64,000 bases of DNA from Ophelia neglecta. Its lineage: Eukaryota. The DNA lies in NCBI GenBank assembly GCA_965285935.1, contig OZ260662.1, positions 48,298,001-48,362,000 on the forward strand, read 5' to 3'. Shown here piece after piece: positions 1 to 11,958 of this stretch; position 1 is the first letter of the stretch, and each line of letters starts with the position of its first letter. The translations under genes were made by a program, and so were the position numbers. The notes under the pieces were generated by a model, which was given only the letters and a program-made list of their open reading frames with translations, ran no database searches and was not told the DNA's origin.

Positions 1-1431
1 CTTAATGAATTTCACCTCTAAATAGATATACCTACTTGTTAGGTTGTTGGTTGGTGCAAGTTCCACCTATGGTCATCAGGGACAAATCAACTACAAGCCA
101 AATCATATTGTCAGGGATCCATGCAAATAGAAAATACAGTTAATAATTAAGTAAAATCAACAATGTTCTTTTAATAAATTAAAATAATAATCCCCACTCC
201 CAGTGTTGTTGCGGTGTAGTGGTGTAGTGTATTGGTGTGGTGAGGGTATGTTGTTGCGTTTTACGCTGCAGGTGATTGTGGATTGTGCCTGGTTGTCTGT
301 TGTTGCGGATGTGGTGCATGATTATCATAAACATTTACTTACAGTGATTGTAACCAAACCTTTCCTTATCTTGACTCAACCTCCACCTCCTTAACCACAT
401 ACTATTGTCAGCCTGCCACGCAATGGACATGAACATCTGAATAATAAAGAGTTAGTAAAATATTAACAATGTTTAATCTTAATCCATAAGGCAGATTAAA
501 ATAATATTTGTATTTCTGGTTACCTGACTGACTAAAAGTTTTTTTATCGCATAGGCAAGAAAAACTATGGCAGGGTCATGTATATTTAATTTGATATTAG
601 GGTTTCTTTTGGCTACCCTTGTTATTTCCTTTGATATCAACAAGATAAGTTTGCCTAGATGCATTTTTCCTTAGGTGAGCAAGCTCCATTAAACTGGGGT
701 AGAGGGGAGTGCCAAATACATGGGTGGGTTTTTCAGCATTGGGATTAACATGCAAGGGGTCCTTTTTCCGCAAACCCTTAGATGTACATGCAGGAGTTGT
801 TTTTGGCAGATCCTAACGGGCATCATTCCTTTGCCAATTTCTTATGTGGGTAATCATTTTTTTTGGCAACCCTCACATGAGTGGTTTATCCAGAGCCTGG
901 ATTTTCATGCTTGGGTACATATTTGTTAGGTATTATTAACATGCATGGGTTGGGTATACAGAACCTAGTCAGCACCTCCTCGTCTAAACAATGTTCAGCT
1001 AACTCCACCCCCACCCCCTCCACCCAGAGCTTTTTTCTTTAACAGAATTCATTTTCATGCCATTAGGCTTCTTAAATTTTCTACAGGCCCCAGTCCCTAT
1101 TGTCTCCTGCCTCACATCTCATGCCTAGTACCACAGGGCCAGTAGGCCTTCCTTTCAAAATTAGCATGCCATGTTGAAATTCAGCAGGCCCTGAAGATTT
1201 GCAACCAAAATATGTACATTCCCGTTGGCCCGGCCTGGAGGGTGGAACTCTAATAGGCCTATGCCCGCAGCTAAAATGATAGGCCCCGGGCCTACGAGCC
1301 CATGCTTATAAATATTTTTTTCCTGTCCAGTTACATTGGGTCAGGACTGCTGTGTCCACCACATACAGGTCCAACTAGTGGTCTAAAGGAAATGACCTGA
1401 CGGCAACCAACCAGTCTGGGTAAAGGTTGAT

Positions 1432-3869
1432 TTGTATGGCTCCAAAACACTTTATGTTTGTGGATGCTATAGACCCCATACAGGGGACATATCTGGACAC
1501 GAGGCAATTATGAGGTCCATAAGTAGAGCACCTCAGTGCACTAACTCCCATATTTGGATTGCAGGTGACCTAAATTACCCAGGTCTTGACTGGCAGTCCA
1601 ATACAGTTAAATCAGGCTGCAGCTATGCAACCATACATCAAGAATTTCTTGACTTTCTGAGTGATCATAGCTTAGCCCAATTAGTTAGAGAACCAACTAG
1701 AGGACAAAATATACTAGATTTATTCATAACAAACAACCCTACTCTTGTAAATCAAGTATCTGTTGGACCTGGAGTAGCAGACCACAGCAAGGTCCTTGCT
1801 GAAATAAATGTTAAACCCATCACCCTGGAACAGGAAAGAAGGGAAATACCCCTTTACAACAAAACAAACTGGCAGCCCATGAGGAATGACCTACTAAATG
1901 CTCTTAATACTTTAGACACAGAAACTCTCTCAATAGATCAGATATGGACAACACTAAAAAACAACATCGAGACATGTATCAAGAAATATGTACCACACAA
2001 ACTAGCTAGAAAGAAAAACAGTCTACCCTGGCTATCAGCAAATACCAGAAGAATCCTGAAAAAGAAGGATAAACTTCACAGTCGTAAGAAAAAGAGTGGC
2101 AAACCTGAACATATTACTCACTTCAAATCAGTCAGTGCCCTAGCCCAAAAAATGATCAGGCAGGACTACTGGCAATATGTCAAACAGCTGGTGTCTCCCG
2201 CAGAAGGAGAGACCAAACTGGTGAGCACAAAGAAATGTTGGACTTTCATTAAGCACTGTAAAAATGACACTACCGGCGTGGCACCATTAGAGGATGAAAC
2301 TGGTACAGTTCACTCCGATGGCGCCACCAAGGCAAACATACTAAATAGGCAATTTAGTTCTGTATTCTCTAAACCTGCACCACTGAGCCTGAAGCAGAGC
2401 TGTTTGCGAAATACACCTGCACACCTAATTCCAACTAGCATGCAGTCCCCCCATCCTGACCTTATTGACTTCGACATAGGCCTGGAAGGGGTGCATAAAC
2501 TACTACAAAACCTGAGGCCACATAAGGCGGCGGGACCAAATGGACTCAGACCTCTGATCCTCCAACAACTGGGGAGTGTCATTGCTCCCACTCTCCAAAT
2601 TATTTTCCAGAGATCTCTGAGTGAGGGTAAACTGCCTGAGGATTGGTGTCATGCTAATGTTGTTCCCATCTTTAAGAAAGGCCCTAAACATGCACCTGCT
2701 AATTACAGGCCTGTCTCTCTCACATGTATATGCAGCAAATTAATGGAGCATATTATCTCCAGCCAGGTTAGGAAACACCTAGACTCCAATAATATCTTAT
2801 CTCCCTTTCAGCACGGATTTCGCTCTAGGAGATCCTGTGAAACCCAGCTTATCGAATTTGTCCAAGACCTACATACGACCTGTGAAAAAGGTCGATACAC
2901 TGAAGGAATCATCATGGATTTCAGTAAGGCCTTTGATAAGGTCTCACACCACAAATTGCTATTTAAACTAAACTGGTATGGTATTAGAGGCCAGACTCTT
3001 GATTGGATTGGTGACTTTCTGGCAGATAGGAAGCAGCGAGTAGCCCTGGACGGAATTTTCTCGGACACGTGTAGTGTCACTTCAGGCGTCCCACAGGGTT
3101 CGGTCCTTGGACCAATCTTGTTTCTAATATACATTAATGACCTTCCTGACTGTGTATCATCCAATACCCGGCTATTTGCTGATGATACCATAATATACAG
3201 AGAAATTAACACTGTCCAAGACACAATTACCCTACAAAGGGATCTGACTAAACTTGAAAACTGGTCAAACCTTTGGCAAATGGAATTCCACCCTAAAAAA
3301 TGTGCTGTCCTTAAAATTGGCCGGAAAAAGACACAATTCAACTCCACTTACATACTTTACAATCAAGCCCTGGAACAAGTAGACACCGCTAAATACCTCG
3401 GCATTACCCTCTCCTCTGACCTCTCTTGGAACACACACATTAACAATATTTCTAACAAAGCCAGCCAAACACTCGGATTTCTCAAACGGAACTTAAAAAT
3501 TCATTCTCCTGACATTAAAGCTAAAGCCTATATGGGTCTGGTTCGTCCAAAGATGGAGTACGCGGCAGCAGTGTGGGACCCCCATACAGCAAACAATATA
3601 TACAAACTTGAGCAGGTCCAGCGCAGGGCAGCCCGCTGGACACTCAACCGTTTCCACAACACCTCTAGCGTCACCTCCATGTTATGTCAACTGGAGTGGC
3701 CAACCTTACAACAACGTAGATACACAGCCAGACTCACCATGATGTACAAAATGGTGTACAGTACTGTAGGTGTCAACCCCTATCAATATTTACAACCTAT
3801 CTCTAGACCCACTAGATTCTCACATCCTCTAACTTTCCTTCAGCCACATTGTTCAACCACCGCTTATAG
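1432..3869 (+). pseudogene. LINE ORF2 (endonuclease-reverse transcriptase), 5' part
   Basis: Open frame with EN and RT motifs. Removing 3870-27459 rejoins ..TTAY|SMSFFPRT.. in frame. Confidence 0.92.
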
Positions 3870-4323
3870 CACAGGGCCTTTTAAAACTGAAATCTCCCAT
3901 ATATAGTCACTATATACTATATAAAAATAACAAGGGAACAGACTCCTGCATGGAGTCCGACAGGCATCTCTCAGCTTAAAGCCCGATATTTTCAAAAATT
4001 CAACACAATCCTCCACTTTCACTGCACAAATCTGTCCTCAGGTAATAATACTTTCAATAAAACACAATAAATGTCCAGTCAAATCATATAATTTTTCTAT
4101 ACCAAGCCTCAAATGCAGCTTTTTACCCCTATTTTGACAAGGACAACATCTACTGGGCACATCCACCACTCACCAGTTAACAGGTAAACAGCAACTTCAG
4201 CTGCAGTTCCATGGATCATATGTACATTCCTTGCCCTGGCTGTAGGCCCTGGCCCATTACACTCGACTATTTGGGGTTGTCATCCCCTAAATAGCCTTAT
4301 ATTTGCCAAAATGTAACAAAATC
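3870..4323 (+). repeat. Left TIR of outer element (454 bp)
   Basis: Reverse complement of 26998-27451. Confidence 0.93.
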
Positions 4324-4649
4324 GTGACAAAATCATCCTGTTGAGGTTATTTCAATTTGTTTATATCCATCCGCAGCAAATGCATGCTGGACGTAACACC
4401 TGCTGTGATTGGCTGAATAATAATGATTTATTTATCTAGCCATAAACTATGTAAAGTGTTCAAATACATGTATTCAAATAAAAAATGAATGTTTGTTTGT
4501 TTTACTATTTATTTGAATGGTCTTTCTAATATATTTTTGCGTTTGAAGCCTATTTTTCACGTGCGACAATGCTGCCATCTGAAGGGAGACTGGTATGCCG
4601 CGAAATTTGAAATTTTTTCCTATGAAAGTATCACTTTTATAGTTTGAAA

Positions 4650-5103
4650 CACAGGGCCTTTTAAAACTGAAATCTCCCATATATAGTCACTATATACTAT
4701 ATAAAAATAACAAGGGAACAGACTCCTGCATGGAGTCCGACAGGCATCTCTCAGCTTAAAGCCCGATATTTTCAAAAATTCAACACAATCCTCCACTTTC
4801 ACTGCACAAATCTGTCCTCAGGTAATAATACTTTCAATAAAACACAATAAATGTCCAGTCAAATCATATAATTTTTCTATACCAAGCCTCAAATGCAGCT
4901 TTTTACCCCTATTTTGACAAGGACAACATCTACTGGGCACATCCACCACTCACCAGTTAACAGGTAAACAGCAACTTCAGCTGCAGTTCCATGGATCATA
5001 TGTACATTCCTTGCCCTGGCTGTAGGCCCTGGCCCATTACACTCGACTATTTGGGGTTGTCATCCCCTAAATAGCCTTATATTTGCCAAAATGTAACAAA
5101 ATC
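4650..5103 (+). repeat. Left TIR of inner element (454 bp)
   Basis: Reverse complement of 15867-16320 and direct copy of 3870-4323. Confidence 0.93.
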
Positions 5104-5442
5104 GTGACAAAATCATCCTGTTGAGGTTATTTCAATTTGTTTATATCCATCCGCAGCAAATGCATGCTGGACGTAACACCTGCTGTGATTGGCTGAATAA
5201 TAATGATTTATTTATCTAGCCATAAACTATGTAAAGTGTTCAAATACATGTATTCAAATAAAAAATGAATGTTTGTTTGTTTTACTATTTATTTGAATGG
5301 TCTTTCTAATATATTTTTGCGTTTGAAGCCTATTTTTCACGTGCGACAATGCTGCCATCTGAAGGGAGACTGGTATGCCGCGAAATTTGAAATTTTTTCC
5401 TATGAAAGTATCACTTTTATAGTTTGAAAAACCTTTAACACC

Positions 5443-8400
5443 ATGGGAAATGAGAAATGCTTTGCAGCAAATTGGTACGTATCAATACAAATTTTCCTAT
5501 TTATTCTTTTGAGGAATTAAATGGAATTTAATTGGAATAGGCCCACATAGTATCAAAATAAATTGTATAATATTACATTACACTGTAAGGCCCTGTAAAC
5601 CAGACAAAAGATGAAAAGAAAAGCTTAAGCCCCAGGAAATTAATTTTCTGTTAGGGGATACTTTATGGAAAAATTGCTTTTCCCCAATATTAAGAGCTTC
5701 AAAAAAGTAGGATGCTTACCCTACCAAACATTCAATTCAGCACAAAATTAAGATGCTTGCAACTATGTGAATATTAATCAGTATTAATGTAAATAAATAA
5801 TGGGAGGAATATTGCCTCATTTATTCCAATATATATATCCCTATTCTAATAAATGCCTCTCCTCTGCGTCTGATAAATAATGTCTCTCCTGAAATGTCAT
5901 ACAGCCCCAACCCCCCACCCCCCCCCCCCCCCCACCCCCCAAAAAAATTCATAAACTCCCACTTGTGTCATTTTTTCTACTTCCCGAGTTGAATTATTTA
6001 CCACCTTTTGGCATGTTAACCAGGGCTTCTAAATTTTATGCCACAATCAGAGTTGTCTTTTTTTAGTCAGCATTGGGGATTTGAGAGAATTAGCATACAT
6101 TTCACAGCAGGGATTCATATTTGAGATTGGACTCGGCTTCATTAATTGTCTAATGCTTTTAGGAAAAAGAACAATAAAATGAGAACCTTTGAACATAACA
6201 TATTTATATGTACAAATAACAGGGCCCTGTTGTACAACTATAGATGTATTCAGATGTCATATAGCATAATAATGTGCTGTGTATAGCAACCATTCTCTCA
6301 GTAGTTATGTTATTTACTTACAAATAATGTGCATACTGCCTTCAGTGCCTTGGTTACTATCACATTTAATATAATAGGTTAACCCATTAGGCATCAAAAT
6401 AGTTTTTATTGCAATTAAACATATTATTAGTTATTCCAACAAAAGGAAATAACTTCAGATTTCAAGAATGACTTTAACAGGGAGTAATTATCAAAGACAA
6501 TATTTGAATGTTATACATAATATTCATTACATAACACATCTTTTATGATTCAATCTCAATAAAATACTTAATTTTATCTCAAATGAGCTCTCTTACACCA
6601 CACCCCGAGGGGGGGGGCACTCTGTATACTGGGGTTATTACATATGTGCCGCCGTTTCGACCCCCCTTTTTCGACCTATGTAAAATTTCGACCCCCTGTT
6701 TTTTACCTTCATGTAGAATTTCGACCCCTGTTTTTAGCATATGTACAACTTTTGATTGAAATGTAGAATTTCGACCCCTATATTTGGTTGAAATATAGAA
6801 TTTTTCCCCTATATCTGGCTGAAATGTAGAATATCGACCCCTGTTTTCAGCAATTTTTGTAGAGTTTGCGCCTGTGATTCGAAGACTGGGCGACACAATT
6901 GTACCAATTTCCAGACTGAGTGCCCCCCCCCCCCCCCCCCCGGGCACCACACTGTGTAAAGTCGAGATGATCACACTTTCATTGCCAACAATGTGGCATG
7001 AGAGAGTGGCCCTTTAACTCCATAATTGATGAAACAGTTAAATGTAATACTAGTGTTATCACCAATGGTCAAAACAACAAAATTCCCTAATAGCAGTTAT
7101 AAAAGCAACTAGACCAATTACAATTAAATTCTTTTTTATTGCTAGGATTTTGAGGAACACCGCCCCATCTGAAGAGGGCCGACTTAGCAAAGATGAGGTT
7201 TTCTTTGCATATTTTGAGCATGCATCAGCAACAGCTTCAGCACCTGACATCATTGATACTGTTCCATTTGGTAAGCTGTTCCTACGTTTAACAGGAACCA
7301 AGACAGTCAATCAACGTTATGGCAGAACTTTCAAGAAGGTTTATCTTGGTATAACATGGGCATCACCAGAAAGTACCCCTCTACCTGAATTTACAGCAAA
7401 GGAATTCCTCAATATTATACCCTCAAACGTGTCAGTGTGTCAACCATCTGAGGGGCTGATAACTGTTACCTGCTCATTAGACACTAAATGTGATGGAAGA
7501 ACCATACAAAAAGAGGTAAAATTTCACAGGAATGGGTATTGGGAGTTACATGTAGATAGTTTTCCAGTGGAACTTCATCAAATTGGCATTGATAATCATT
7601 TTAATATGACAGACAGAGAGGTGAAGGTAATCTTGTCCCTAGTTGAAAAAATTGATGTTTGTGGGGGCAAGACATGCCCAACATCTGGTGTATTGGTGAA
7701 GACATGCTTGTTACATAAAGTAACATATCCTGATGGACAAAAAAGTAACACAATACAAAGCACCTCTTGCCAAAGGGTCCTATCACTCATTTCCTCTGGC
7801 AAGTCCTGTAATACATGTAGATTAATAAAAGTATATGAACAGAAAAAACATGGGAATGTTCAAAATGTTGATCAGGCAGCTGGCCAAACATTCCAAGATG
7901 TCATTAGGAAATGGATTCCAAACATTTCAGCCAGTGCACTTGAGTTGTTTACCTCCCAAGTCAGCAACACAGGAAATTCTGGTAATCGTTGGAGTGGTTA
8001 CCATGAAACTATTCGTTGGTCCTTGGCCCTCTGGCTCCGTAGTAAGCAAGCGTACGCTGACCTTCGGAGGATGACTGGCTTGCATCTTCCGAGTGAGGAG
8101 ACATTGCGTTTCCACAAAAACAGTGTGTCACATGGTGCAGGTCTCCAGGAGGAAAATATAAAGTGGATGTACCTAGAGGCAAAAAGGCTGAAAGTTCCTC
8201 AAAATGGATGGGAGGGAGGATTACTCATTGATGAGATGTCTATACAGCCCTCTTTGGACTTTCAGCGCGATGGCAAGTTCCTGAAAATTGTAGGCTACAA
8301 CAATCTTGGCGAGACCTGTGATGCCATGGCTACTCTAAGGAGGGGCAGTGATGAGCGTCAACTTGCAGACCATGTTTTGCAAATCTCATTTCAAGGATTA

Positions 8401-9558
8401 ACACACTTCCGCTTTTCAGTTGCCCACTACCCCTCTAACCAAGTGTCATCTGGCCAACTGAATTATTTATTCCATCAGGCAGTGTCACTCCTAAAAAGTT
8501 ATGGCTTCAGGGTCACTTACGTAAGCCTTGATGGGGCACAAGCAAACCGTACATTTGTCAAAATGTCATTTCCAAACAACGATGCCCGGGAAAAGAAAAT
8601 GACCATGGAGTCACCAATTGGAAGTGGTGCCATTACTTTTATCATGGATTTTTCTCATGTGATTAAAAAAATCCGAAATTCCATTGAGAGCAGCCGAGTT
8701 GATGGTAAGCGGCTCCTCACCTTGCCATCAATGAAAACAGTTGAATGGCAGCATTGGCAGAGTGCCTATGATTGGGATAAGGGCAATCCACTTGCCTTAC
8801 ACCGTCATCTAACAGATGAACACATACTGACTTTGTCCAATGCCTCCAAAATGAGGAACCACCTAGCAGAACATGTTTTGAATTCAGACATGTACAACTT
8901 GATGCTCGCCTACCAATCCAGTTTGGGAAGTCATGGTTCACATTTGGATGGTCCTATTGAGCTCCTCAACAACACACGGACCATGATTACAAACTTCCGA
9001 GACACAAGGGCTCTCTGTGAACCTTCCGATCCTAGACTGAAAGAAAACCTCAGTGTTCAACAGTGGTTCAAAAGCTGGGAAGTCTGGGCACTCAATCGCA
9101 CTGACATCTCCCAACAGCAGCGTAAAGCACTCCTGATGACTGAGCAGTGTCGAGAGGATCTAGATTCTTGCTTGTTAGGATTTGATGAACTGTGTCGTCG
9201 GCGAATGTCGGAGGAAACCACCAGTCGGTATTCCATCATACCTGCAAGCATAAACAGTGATGCAATAGAAAACAACTTCTGTCAAGTTCGTGGACTGAAT
9301 GGATCAAATCAAAATCCAACCTATTCACAATACCAAAAGACCATGAACACTGTCACTGTTCTGAGGCCTTTAGTCTCAAAGAAGGGCAATGCAACTGCAG
9401 GCCGTGAGGGAGCAGAAGCTTTAACCTTGAAGAGAGCAGCCTCCCAAACCAGCAAGATTGTCAAAAAGAAGCCCTTTACAGATCTGACTAACTTGTACGT
9501 ACTGTTATCTTATCAATATGTTTTCAAATTTTCACCATATCTCCATATTTATTATTAA
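5443..9558 (+). CDS. P-element-family (THAP9-like core) DDE transposase, inner copy; predicted exons 5443-5474 and 7146-9558, ~814 aa
   Basis: Motifs RW..SKQAYADLR..LPSEETL, IDEM (D), SLDGAQANR (D), DFSHVIKKIRN, KMRNHLA, SDAIENNF (E), NPT. Exon 1 is inferred from accATGG, a TG|gtacgt donor and a ttgctag|G acceptor that match in phase. Confidence 0.9.
6604..6944. mobile_element. Non-autonomous MITE in transposase intron (inner copy)
   Basis: TIR CCCGAG(G)nCACTC / GAGTG(C)nGGG, 8-bp TSD CACCACAC (6596-6603 / 6945-6952), internal repeats of ATGTAGAATTTCGACCCC. Confidence 0.8.
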
Positions 9559-9636
9559 GTTATTAAGAATACTGTAGATAAAATATTTCAGAGTATAAAA
9601 AGTACCTGGTTGTTTTAAAATGTTGTGGCAGTAACA

Positions 9637-11911
9637 TCATAGCAAACACACTGGGCACATAAACTCCTCATCTTCGGACTGGTACTTCTGGTATTCCTCC
9701 ACAGTAAGACCAGAACAGACTCGATGTAACCAACTGAAACATTACCAGTACAAAACATGCAAAAGGATGATATCAGTCACTAAAATGACATGAACATGAT
9801 GCATAAAGCCATACTGGAGTGTAGTCTCCAGACTTTTTTCATACATCGTAGAATATGTTTGTGCAAAATTTTACTTCATCGGTGGAAGAATGTCGTTAGT
9901 AGTTACATTGCAATATTTAAGTAGAAAGATGTTTTCAACATGTAACATATACAATTACAGTAGAACCTTCCTTAAAGACCACCCCTTTATACAGACCACC
10001 TGTCTATTTTGACCACCCACTTTAAGAACAGAAAGTCGGGGTTTCATTGAAAATCAACCTGTCTTAACAGACTGCTTGTCTGGAGAGACCAGCATTTCTC
10101 AGTCCCATTGGTGGTCTTAATAGACAGGTTCCAATGTATATGACAACATCACAGCTTATACATGTACATATCTATAGCAATTTTTAAAAACAATTAACAG
10201 GTCATTGACCATACTTTGGTAGTAACATGATAATTGTGCTCAGCTGCAGCTGGACAGAATATTTAACAAACAAATGAGTAATGTCAGTTAACTTACCCAT
10301 CACACAGGTCACAGCATATCCATTCCTCACCACTCTCTTCTTGCTTCTTGCAGACAAGGCATGCCGGCGGATGTGAAACCTCAGAAACTGGTTCTGCCAC
10401 GACACCATCCAGTATGTGGTGAGCAGAAGCTGAAAGATGATGAAGCTCTTGGTCCTGAGGTGTCTGACTACAGTCTTGGATACCCTGCTCCAAGCTAGGA
10501 AGTAAGTCCTTCTTTGTATTGCTTTTGGGCTTTTTGATGTTGTATGCCTGACACAAGGTTAAAAGGTCATTCTTCAAGAATTTGTTCAACTTCGTTCTAG
10601 ACATTTTTGCCAATTTCAAGTGAATGTCACCTGCAATATTTGCAGCTTTTGTTTCACCAGCATGGCGAGATGCTTTTCTTGGTTTTTTAGAGCCTGTGCC
10701 TGCCACTACTGCTTTCCTATTCCGCTTGGACGGATTCCCTTGAACATGCTGCCCTATTTGAGTTCTGTGTGCCTTTTTTTTGGGAAGAGCACTGAGAATA
10801 TCTCGCCTCCACTGTCTCATCATTGTCCGTGTGAATACCTGAACCATGTCTTCATGCAGTGATGTGATTAAGGGAGAGTCCATGTTTTGGCCTTCAAACA
10901 TAGTATGCACACTCCTTAACACATCTGGGTCTTTCATAATTTCAGAGAAGACTAATCGATGAACATCATCTCCAAATTTAGCAATGTTCTTGCTTCCTAT
11001 CAAGGATAGGAATTTCTCACATATTACCCCAAAATAAGAAAATGCTGTATCAGAGATGTTGGTTAGTCCTTGGGAAATGTTCTGTTTGGCCTTTATTTCC
11101 TGCAAACTCAAGGGGTCATTTGTCTCAGCCTCTATCTGATCAGGTGACTTACACAGAGTTTTCAGAAGAATCATCTTCTGATATGATTCCTCCCAAAGTT
11201 TAAGTTCCTGTGAGGAACAGTTGTACATTTTCCTCCCCAGTCGCAGATTCAGCTGTTTGCGGCACTGATGGATCACATATCCCGAAACATATCGCAGTTT
11301 GCCCCTAACATCAGAGTTATGCATTCTGCCTTTCAAACTGCTAAATCGCCTGGACTCTTTTCCATGCTCCTGTTCTATGTGTTTTTCTGTGCGCACAAGT
11401 GTCACTGCAGTAGAAAGCTTGTACACCATTTTCCAGCATATGTCTTTACACATGTCATCGAGCTTGTCCCCAAAAGTCTCTTTCATCATAGTCTGATATG
11501 TTGATTGGTGAAACATACCTGCAAGCACATACAGAAGTGTTCAAATTCCATTTTAAGCATTTAATTTCATTCATAATAGCAATAATTTATTTCAATGCTT
11601 TTTATTACAGGGCATTCCCACCTGCCTCTCTAAGTAGAATTATATTAGTAAGACTATTGCAATCAGCCTCAATGTTTATATAAATGAAAATTGTAAACAA
11701 CTCCAGATTTTACTTCTTCAACATTAAATAATTAAGTCTCTGGAATGTATGGAATGTATTTGTATTACACAATTGTATATATAAATTTTATGAGTTGACC
11801 CACTGAATGTATACATTCCACAGTTTGGCTTTTGAAACTATACATTCAATGACTAAAATGGCCTATCGGATGTATACATGTACATTCCAATGGATGTAAA
11901 CATTCAATACA

Positions 11912-11958
<47 letters not shown>

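Noticed and set aside
203-394. 63-aa ORF in GT-rich sequence
   Set aside because: Low complexity, non-ATG start, no motif.
2808-3347. Antisense ORFs over the LINE, transposase and Ngaro coding regions
   Set aside because: Shadow ORFs of real genes on the opposite strand.
4620-4802. 60-aa ORF in the TIR, also fused to the LINE tail at 27299-27571
   Set aside because: GTG start, no recognisable domain. The fusion is a junction artefact.
3870-5429. 780-bp direct repeat read as an LTR or KolobokP-like long terminal direct repeat
   Set aside because: Fully explained by nested self-insertion with TSD GTTTGAAA.
6660-6845. CRISPR-like repeat/spacer array
   Set aside because: Degenerate, irregular repeats inside a eukaryotic MITE with no cas genes.
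6579-6974. 131-aa minus-strand ORF (and its copy at 17474-17866)
   Set aside because: Chance read-through of the MITE repeats.
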